From the NCBI GenBank assembly GCA_951406725.2, contig OX597815.1, forward strand, positions 96,720,001 to 96,784,000: a DNA stretch of 64,000 nt, given 5' to 3'. Numbering within the stretch: position 1 is the first letter of the stretch; each line of letters begins with the position of its first letter. This stretch comes from Octopus vulgaris. Lineage: Eukaryota. Shown piece by piece: positions 54,053 to 64,000 of this stretch. The translations under genes and the position numbers were made by a program. The notes beneath the pieces were generated by a model. The model saw only the letters and a list, made by a program, of their open reading frames with translations, was not told where the DNA came from and searched no databases.

Positions 54053-55727
54053 ATGCATGTATGTATACATACATACACATACACACATAAAATAATGAAG
54101 AGTAAGTGATATTTTTAAATCTAATAAGTAAGAAAATGTACATGCTGAACTTTGTTATATTGTTAGACTCACTTTTGATATGATTATAGAAGCCACGTTT
54201 TGGTTAAATGTGATAGATTATATGAATATATAAAAATTATATTCATGTACTCTTGAGTTTTATTTATTTTCGTGTATGCCCCTTATATATCTAATTCGCA
54301 ATTTTCTATCGTGCTAATAAGTAAGAAAATGTACATGCTGAACTTTGTTATATTGTTAGACTCACTTTTGATATGATATGCAGAAACTTTCTCGCACGTT
54401 TTTTCTTTTTTATTTTAACAGGCATATAGTGAAAACAAATGAAATTAACATGTGTGTAGTGAGCACAATTGAAATCAGCTACGCTTATCACATCAAAAAC
54501 AAGCTCCAATTAATGAATGGCCAACAAATTTTTTAATATGGCCCCCTTCCATCTAGCAACGCAAAATTCAGTAATGCAGCAAAAACATATTGAAATAATT
54601 ATATAATATTCTCCTATGTGTAGATGTAATAAAATTAAACATTTTAAGTTCGCTGTCTGGTAATTTTGTCAAAAGTTTGTTGTTATGTGGAAACTTTTCT
54701 TCTCACATACATGGTGTCATTAACGTTACACGTAACGGAGCGATTTACATAGCAAATGAACTTATACCGCTGGTAATCTTCGAACTGCGATATTATTAAC
54801 TCGCATATGGTATTGTACAAAATTAAATGCATTTGAGACAGCATGAAAAACTACATTGTTGAGGCATTTTCAAGTTATACTTACAGTTATACTTGCATGA
54901 CATTGTTATGAATACCGAAGAGGTAGTCCACTCTCCAACCGTATTTTTTTAATATTAATTGAAACGTCTAGGTATACGGCAAAAACATGAAACAAAACTT
55001 AATCCCACACAATAAAACAACATAAAATAGGTAAATAAAATCCTGCAATTTTCACGTGATACTTCAGTTTTTAGGCATTCTGATATTTTTCTAATCAATA
55101 ACAAATCTGAAAAAACTAAATGGGAATGATAAATCTTTGCAATTTACACAATTTTATACTCTTACATATATCTTTGAAATACATACACGGCATTTATATA
55201 TTAAAGCCATTCGTAGTTTGATGTATAACTCTCGTTGTCTAATTTTTTATAGTTGATAGCTGGGAAGCAGTTTGGAAATTTCAAAAAAAATATGATTAGT
55301 CAAAGTATAAAGCGATTTCTTAAAAATTTCAAGCATATTTCATGTCCGATTTCAGGCACGGATCACATGCCTTATTTCTTCTATTCAGGTTTTAAAATAA
55401 GCTTTAGTTTCCTGCCATCAGTCCCGTATCTATAATACACACGAAATCAGCGGGTGTTGCATGTAATAGTGAAGTTTTAGTACTCATTTATAAATGAATG
55501 CTTGTCTTGTATTTATTCAGAACGCCATGTTTTGGTGTATGTTAAATCTATTATAACGAAAAACAAACTATAATATTTGGGAATTGCATAATTTACTATG
55601 AAAGTGTCTGCAATAAATCCTAAATTCAGGCACTTTTGTCAAATTTGTATTAGGCTGTTAATAAAATTGCATTTTGATGCCATTGAGGTAGTGTGGTGCG
55701 TGTTTTATTATGAGCGATTTAATGTAA

Positions 55728-55779
<52 letters not shown>

Positions 55780-56137
55780 ATTCAGTAACATACCTTATTT
55801 TTGCTATACACACTTGTTTAAACATATATCGATGTTTTATATATCTATTCATTATTGACAGTCTACAATAATTTGAATAAATGTTGAGTTCCAAATAAAA
55901 TCGATGGGTTAAACTGTTAAAGAGTTCCCAATTCATTCTTATTCAGCCTTTATAGAATTTAACTCTACGACAAATATATACCCATATAGAACTAGACAGA
56001 CTTCCTTCGTTTCAACGAAAACATAGAATGACTATCTTCTTCATTCCGTAACCTATCTCAAAATGCCATCGCGGCTGCATATACATACACACGCATATCA
56101 TCATCATCACCATCATCATCGTCGTCGTTGTCGTCAA

Positions 56138-56169
<32 letters not shown>

Positions 56170-56194
56170 CCTTTAGTATTATTATTATTATCAT

Positions 56195-56580
56195 TCAGTA
56201 GTTTTATTTTTATAGCGTGCTTTCACTTCACTACCGAGCGCAGCTCTGTGTGCCTTGGGTATGTGTTGTGATTTGTTGTGATGCTCTGATGGTTATTGTA
56301 TGGAAAGTGTTCTGCGTAGGATGTGTGCAGTGCCCAGTAGTGCAATATTCTGTATGATATATGTGTTTGTAAGTCCTGGTGTTTTTGTTATGTATTTGTC
56401 TGAATATTTTTTTATCATGCCTAATGCACCTACTATGATAGGAATTGTTTCTGTTTTCAGATTCCACATTCTGGTTACCTCTATTTCCAGGTCTTTGTAT
56501 TTTGAGAGTTTCTCTATTTCTTTTAGAGACACGTTGTCATCTGCCGGTATTGATACATCAATTAGAAAGCATTTTTTCCC
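56195..56580 (-). mobile_element. R4/Dong-type LINE 3' end (second family)
   Basis: LIDVSIPADDNVSLKEIEKLSKYKDLEIEVTRMW...IPIIVGALG...IALLGTAHILRRTL, with AAT repeats on both sides. Confidence 0.92.
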
Positions 56581-56611
56581 ATATTATTATTATTATAATT
56601 ATTTTTCCCCG

Positions 56612-56689
<78 letters not shown>

Positions 56690-56691
<2 letters not shown>

Positions 56692-58159
56692 ACGGGTTTT
56701 GTTTGGAGCTCCTGGAGTCTTGCATGTTTTGCAGGCTTGGTACCTGCAGCCTACGATACCATGCGATCCGTTTTTTACAACTATCAATACTTTCCTGATT
56801 ATCGTGACCTTGTCAAATAGGCAAACACTTTTGAAACAGTTCTACTGGGCATTCTATTCCAATTTCCTTCTCTTGATGTCTTCTGATACTGTTCCTAAGG
56901 ACCCAACAATAATTGGCACTATCTTAATCTTCTCCATTTTCCATAGCCTGACTATTTCGTACTGAAGAATGTTGTATTTATTTTTTTACCTTCCTACTTG
57001 TCTATTCGTAGGTCAAAGTGGCATGCAACATCAACTATATAGCGTATGTGGTGCACCTTGTCCTCCACCATTAGGTCTGGTCTGTTATGCTGTATCACCT
57101 GATCTGTTTGGTTTGGGAAATCCCAGATGATTTTGCTAGTCTCCGACTCCCTCAGTCTTTTCAGTTTGTGCTTATACCGCGTCTTGCCTCTCTCCAGCCC
57201 TCACTTTTCGCATAGTTTTCAATGTGCCACTTTTGCCACCTGATCGAGTCGCAACAAATTGTATTGGTTTGGGGCAACTCTAGGGCATTCGTTCGTGATA
57301 TAGGCAATGGTTTCATCCATTGTATTGCAGATGCGGCATAGCTGAGACACATACTCATTGGTAAGGTTGACCCTCCAGTTCGTGTCAAGTAATTGGTATC
57401 ACGCTGCCAGTATTGTGCTCTCGATCTCTATTTTATACTGTTCCTTTCACCGGTCAATAGTACCTATTTTTCAGCATCTTCTGTTGTGACTAATTGATTA
57501 TGTAGTCTATTCTTGCGTAATTCTTCATGTCCTTTTTGTACTCCTTCCTTTGTATTCCCTTTTTTTCTACTCTCAGAACTCACTCGTATCTAACTGTCAC
57601 TGTTAAGGCTTCCTTACTTTGGGCTTAGTATCTCATTAAGCCATCGAGGTCGATACGCACGCAGTCGTCCACACTTATCAGTCTCCTTCCTCCTTTTATT
57701 CTCTTCATGTAAAGGGGATTAGTGTCTGCACGTGTATGATGTTAGGAGCTTTCTTGACTTCCTGTCTACTTCAGGATTTCAGGGCCATGCCGAACTACTG
57801 CGACTGCGTGCGAGTTTATTGCCGAAATTATGTTTCTGGCATTTGGCTTTGGAGCCAGTATTTTTCGCACTCGCCGCAGTTACTCTCTTTTTGTCACTCC
57901 TTGATGTTGTTGTGCTTGATTTCATCTGCCTCAAGTATTCCCAGGTATTTATGGCTGGATTGAGGTTGGATTTCCTTCATCCTTTCACCACTTGGAAAAC
58001 ATATACTTTCTGTCTCATATCTCTCATCACCACCGTAGCGCATTTTGTGAGTCCTTATCGTTATATCATTGGAGGAAATCTGTACAGACTGGACTAATCT
58101 ATCCAGTTCTGCCTCAGATTGTGTGAACAGCTTCAAGTCGTCCATGAATAGCAAGTGGC
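56690..58159 (-). mobile_element. R4/Dong-type LINE, 5'-truncated at the RT core (third family)
   Basis: SHLLFMDDLKLF, HKYLGILEADEI, KIIWDF, RPDLMV and VPIIVGSLGTVS. Both ends abut long (AAT)n tracts. Confidence 0.88.
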
Positions 58160-58414
<255 letters not shown>

Positions 58415-59045
58415 TTAGGTACCATGTGTTTAATTTGTCTTCCATCGGGAGAACTGCATAAATTTTCTGTTTTTCTCTTTCCTAATTTTTTTCTCTTTGT
58501 ATTTTTAATCTTATATCTCAATTATATAAACATACCCCTTTGAAATATTTAATTTTGTTGTCTTAATTGATTTTATCTTTTTTCATTATTATTCAGGTCA
58601 GTGTATTTCTTTACAACGTTCAACCACGGTAAGAATAATTAATTTTCTATTCTAATTTACCTCCCTATAACGAAGAAAAGAAAAAAAATTAAGCTAAATA
58701 CATGATTACATCGCTTTATTTTTTTTTATGCTATTTTCTGATATTGAATGTTAGGTTACATAACGTCGCTAATTTCAATTAATGATAATCTAGCAATATA
58801 AAAGCGTGTACGTCTGTATTTGTGTACCCGTGTACCTGTGTTAGTCTGGGCGTGTATGTGTGTTAGTACTTGCGCGTGCGTGTATGTACGTGTATAAATG
58901 CGTGTCTGCGTGTATAAATTAGTTTAAGAATCGTTTTGAAAAAAACGATGATAAAATTATTGAAGCTCACTCTTTTCTTCTATTACAGTGTATCAACTTT
59001 CCTATACATACGTACATACATACATAACATATATGCATGCATACA

Positions 59046-59076
<31 letters not shown>

Positions 59077-60452
59077 CATACATACATACATAAATACAGA
59101 CATACATACATACCTGCATGCATGCATGCATACATATTTGGATGCATACTTACGCATATTTGTGTGTATGTATGGTCGCAAAAAACATTGTTAGTTTATA
59201 CGTATATATGTACATTCACTCAATGGTTCTTGGAATTTTACAACTTTATATTTGTTTCAAAGTTCTGGGTAACGAATAAGATTAACTAGAGGTCATTTCG
59301 TTTTAAAACGACTTCATTAGTCACAGAAAAAAGAAAAACGCTACTGTTTACAGTAACAAGGTGGTATTCTGACGCGACAAGAATAAATCATTATCACTTA
59401 TTTGATTAACTATTCTATAGGATGTTGCCAATGTTTTTGGTATGTTTATTTCTAAAGTGTCTATTTTGCTTATATTATTTGAATCGTCAAGTAGTCTACC
59501 ATAATACTTGACAGGTATTTTATAGATTGATAGATATAAAACAAAACAGTGGCCGCACCGCAACGCAATCCATTCCGTTCTTCAACGACTCTTCTATTTC
59601 AATGGCTCATGACTTCAAAAGATCATAACGCTTTCTACGTTAGCAACATTGTCTATACCCTATTTTAACTGTTTTAGTCGGTGTGAATTGTAAAAGTATA
59701 TAAAATTTCATTGGTATAAGGTAAGATCGTCTAATTCATTACTGCAACCTCTGATGATGACTCAACTTATCGCAATCACAGAAAAGCGTCAATTTGTTCA
59801 AGAGCTATCTCAGGTTCATTAACGTTTTGTTTAAGAGCTTGTACGCCTCAAGGAATTGGTGCAGCGGGGAGAGACTAAGAATTCGCGTGCAGATGAGCAG
59901 AATGGAGATCTTTCATTAGGTCCAGATACCTACCAGCTGCATTGTATGTTTGTTATATGACTATACAAATATCGTAAGATGATTGCGATTTTCGTTCTTC
60001 ACATGGAACATCTGCAACAATGAAAGAGATATTAAAGTAAAGCTGATTTTTATACAATAGAATGCGAAGCTTTTCCAAAATGACTGTATTTCAGATAATA
60101 TTCCAAGTGAATATATAATCCTGATTTTGAGTGACTTAATGAAAATTAAAAAAATAAAAATGAAAAGAAGAGATAAAACAAGCAATATGGTGGGATCAGA
60201 TTCGTAATACGAAATAAATGATTCGATAACCATCAAGACTACGTAGGTCATTCGTGAAATGATCTAAATAAATTTGTTAACTTCTACATTGCTTTCCCCT
60301 CCTTCCCATATCCTCCTCTATCCACTCCTAACCTCACTTAGTTTAGCTACACCCTTAACACGTACACTTGACACCACCTAACAAGTTTGTTTCCTTCCGG
60401 TTTAACAATCTTGCAATCTTACAAATATATGCAGATGAAAGGTAACGAGATA

Positions 60453-60507
<55 letters not shown>

Positions 60508-60569
60508 TCTCTGTATATGCATATGTGTGTATGTAAATTATATTTATATTATATCAATCTTATAAAAAG

Positions 60570-60657
60570 TAAGTACTGGGAACGGTATAATGGACTGAAA
60601 ATTTTCAAGGTTGTGCCCCAGTGTGGCTACAGTCTAATGACTGAAACAGGTAAAAGA

Positions 60658-60660
<3 letters not shown>
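60570..60660 (+). mobile_element. SINE 3' fragment related to the family B tail
   Basis: gtgccccagtgtggctacagtctaatgactgaaacaggtaaaaga matches 6300-6350. Confidence 0.65.
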
Positions 60661-60697
<37 letters not shown>

Positions 60698-61844
60698 ATA
60701 TATAAAAAAAATGAAGAGAGAAAGAGAGAGAGAGAGAGAGTTGGGTAACGAGATACTCAGATAGAGAAACAGATAGCTCCGTAAAATTCGTGTGAATGTG
60801 TCAGGCACTTCCTTTCATCTACTTATATCTTTGGTTAAATAATCTTGTAGTCTCCGTCTTCGTTTTAATGGCAATCAATTTTTCCCAAGTGATAAAAGTT
60901 TAAGTAATATTACTGATAGTTCTATTTATCCTCACATTATAATCCTACCATTACATATTAGTCGGTAAAATACAGTGAGCATGACATTAAAGTGGACGGA
61001 AAGATGTTCAGATGAAAAGGCACCATTACTCGTGCGTTTATTCCGGCATATTTACATCGTTACCGTTGCATCGATTCTTACTCTGATGTATAGCATCTAT
61101 GCTCTTTCCTCCTTTCTGGAAATTTTCTTTAGTATGCATAATATAGTTCTTTCGGAAATTCAGATATGCCATCCATAGTAGATACGAAGAGAAGAAGAAA
61201 ATGCACAGAAAGGATCAAAGTTTATAGTTCACGTCAGATTTATACATAAGTAGTTGCTGCAGATTTTCTCAGAACCATTTTCACTTTGACAATATCGCAG
61301 TATATATTTATCAGGAGGCATATATCGTTATATCAGACGTGGTTCCTTATGATGACATAAAATGATTGAACGCTTCAGATCTTTATCGTTTACTATGATG
61401 GCATTGATAATGGGGCAGTGTTAAGATCACAGACGTAATAACCAAAGGAAAGAATATATATGTGCGTTGCATTACGTTTAGGGTGAAAGAATCAGATATA
61501 TCAATCTGTGTAAACGAAAAGAAATAGAGTAAGAAAAAAAAAATAACATATTTTCTCAGATGCCACATGAAATGAAAATATTAACATAGCTAAAACGTAA
61601 AGCCTTGAGTGAATAATTATTCCTGCCGAACAAAGAATCCCGAGACGTATAAATCATTTATAATTGGAAGAGATATTTGAATCAAGCCACGAGAAATGCC
61701 ATGCAAAATTCGCAACTAGGATGCTTAACCTGCGTAGCTGTACATAATTTTGACAAACAACGCTGTCAGTTGATTGTGAATAGAAATGTATGAATATATA
61801 TATATGTGTGTGTGTATGTGTGTGTATGTATATATGTATGTATC

Positions 61845-61893
<49 letters not shown>

Positions 61894-61982
61894 ATATATA
61901 TATGTATGTATATATATATGAGAGTGTGTGTGAGTAGTTCATACATGCATCTATATGTATATTTACACCCACACACCCACAC

Positions 61983-62025
<43 letters not shown>

Positions 62026-62429
62026 AACATATATATGTTTATTTTATGTTTAGTTATAATGATGACATCAATCCGAAGAATCACTGAACATTATTTGTTG
62101 AGTACGTTTCTGTTACTCTTTTACAAAGGTAGTGTTGAGAGCAATTTCAATGGTTCAGTTTGATAGTCTTCGACGAATATGTATACAACAATTCATAAAT
62201 GTATAATTCTTTATTCATTTTTACGAAAAAATATTGATATAATACAGAAATGCAATTATAAGGATACATTCTAACACACCTACACGCAAGTAAATCTATA
62301 TGTATATCCACATATATGTAATATATATATACATATATATATATATTCACACATATGTATGTGTGTATAGTACGTATTTAAGCGCGTACAGCATATATGT
62401 ATGTATATATATAAACATATATATATATA

Positions 62430-62472
<43 letters not shown>

Positions 62473-62477
<5 letters not shown>

Positions 62478-62678
62478 ATCCAAACAAGAAAACACAAAAA
62501 ACAAAAACACACAGCAACGCGAGGACGGGGAACAAAGAAAGTATTATTGGACGCTCAGGAAAGAAGGGCAGAAGGAGGATGTAACGTTTCGAGCGGAGCT
62601 CTTCGTCGGAAACATAGGAGAAGGAAAGATCCCGAGAAGGGAAGACAGAGGAAAAAAATGGGCGGCGGTACTCACGAG

Positions 62679-62683
<5 letters not shown>
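62473..62683 (-). mobile_element. Solo PLE pseudo-LTR with hammerhead-like motif
   Basis: Minus strand reads tttCCGACGA-a-gagc(tcc)gctc-GAAA-CGTT, then cctgagcgtccaataatac, which resembles cctgagcgccatactaatac at 50319-50338. (AT)n on both sides. Confidence 0.75.
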
Positions 62684-62732
<49 letters not shown>

Positions 62733-63289
62733 TAAATCCCAAGCACTCGGTGCTCGGCCAAGCGTGATCTTTCTTCCTTGGCCTGACCGCCGCTCACACA
62801 GAACCTTATATTCCTGATTTTCATCAGCTGAACCTAACTTGCCACAGTTTATTTCTATAAATATGTATATATATATATATATATAATCATGCGAAGGGTA
62901 ATGGAAATTAATAGAAATTTTCACTTCCAGTGGCCTAGCGTGTATAAATTGAGTCCAAAACTATGTATTACTCATAAAATACAGTGTACATTTAAACACA
63001 TACGAGGAATCCACTCATTTGAAACTAGATGGTAACATACGAGGAATACTGTCGCATGAAAGTAGATGGTAAAAGGTTTTATTTTTCATTTCGTTCCTTT
63101 CGGGATTTTATCCTTAATTTTGTGGTTTTGTAATCTAGCTGTTCTTTTTAGCGTTATGAATCCCATATATATATATATATATATATATTCATATATTTAT
63201 TATTCTAATTTTTTTTTTCATAATATATATATGCATATATGCATACATACATACATACATACATACATACATACATACACATGCATATA

Positions 63290-63860
63290 TGGCTGCAGGA
63301 TGTCACCAACAGTAAACTACATGAAATAATGCGAAAACAAATGACATCACAAACAACGAAAGAAGCAAATGGAAACAGGAGAAGTAACATAACAAAATGA
63401 CCTTTCATCAGTTGTCGACTGTCTATCTACTCCTCATTGTGAGCAGTGAACGACAATATGAATCTTAGAAGACAGTTGCTCCCATAAGAACCAAAATAAT
63501 ATTTGGGATTTATGGAGGGTTAAATTTAGGAAGAAAAACAGGATAGGGGTGACATAAAAGGAATCCGAACTAAAATAAACATGGAGGCTCCTTAGATCAA
63601 AGCGAATGTAAAATAACAAACGGCGGGGGAAAATTTTGACAATGAGAAAAGATAGAAGAGAGATATAGGAGCAGTCCAGTCATTTGGACAGCCCTGAAAG
63701 AAAAATATTATCGCGTTTGGAAAAGAAAGATGGACAATGGTCATGTATGAGCAACGAGAGAGATTAAAGGAGAAATAGGGGGAGCGAGATAGAAAATGGT
63801 GAAAAGTGGATAAATAAGGGAATTAGAGATAGTATGAAAGAGAAAACGATAGAGGTGATA
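63290..63860 (-). mobile_element. Probable PLE-type terminal repeat fragment
   Basis: Purine-rich plus strand, a minus-strand CTGATGAAAGG half core near 63401-63411, and microsatellite boundaries. No coding motif seen. Confidence 0.3.
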
Positions 63861-64000
63861 CACACACACTCACACACACACACATATATATATACATAAA
63901 CACACACAGAGAAACATAGTTATATTTTTCTTACGAAATACATATACCGCATTGAAGTGCTCGTACCTGAGATGTTAGACAGGTATCATAAAGGAAATGG

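Noticed and set aside
54400-54540. Strong polypyrimidine acceptor followed by a 38-codon open frame
   Set aside because: No convincing donor or recognisable peptide; such acceptors arise often in T-rich DNA.
59745-59795. CTGATGA...GAAA..GTC hammerhead-like string
   Set aside because: Stem II has only 2 bp and stems I and III do not pair.

Overview
AT-rich, repeat-saturated animal DNA with no recognisable host gene. The tRNA-derived SINE families and dense (AT)n, (CA)n, (ATT)n and (GATA)n microsatellites point to an octopus/coleoid cephalopod intron or gene desert; this is an inference from family resemblance, not a database result. Almost all ORFs in the track are microsatellite artefacts. 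The recognisable content is decayed mobile DNA: six minus-strand R4/Dong-type RLE LINE fragments mostly abutting (AAT)n tracts, a young 5'-truncated RTE/BovB-like LINE, a second RTE-clade 3' end, two mariner relics, a long-TIR MITE, about ten SINE copies from several families, and Penelope-like element (PLE) pieces (RT, RT C-terminus, GIY-YIG tail, pseudo-LTRs). The most interesting signal is a set of minimal hammerhead-ribozyme-like motifs in these PLE-type termini. Several have non-canonical cores (U3-A8 covariation, A6U, U4C), and most lie in segments that end at (AT)n tracts. There are also fold-back/inverted structures and local templated duplications. I see no convincing novel protein-coding system.
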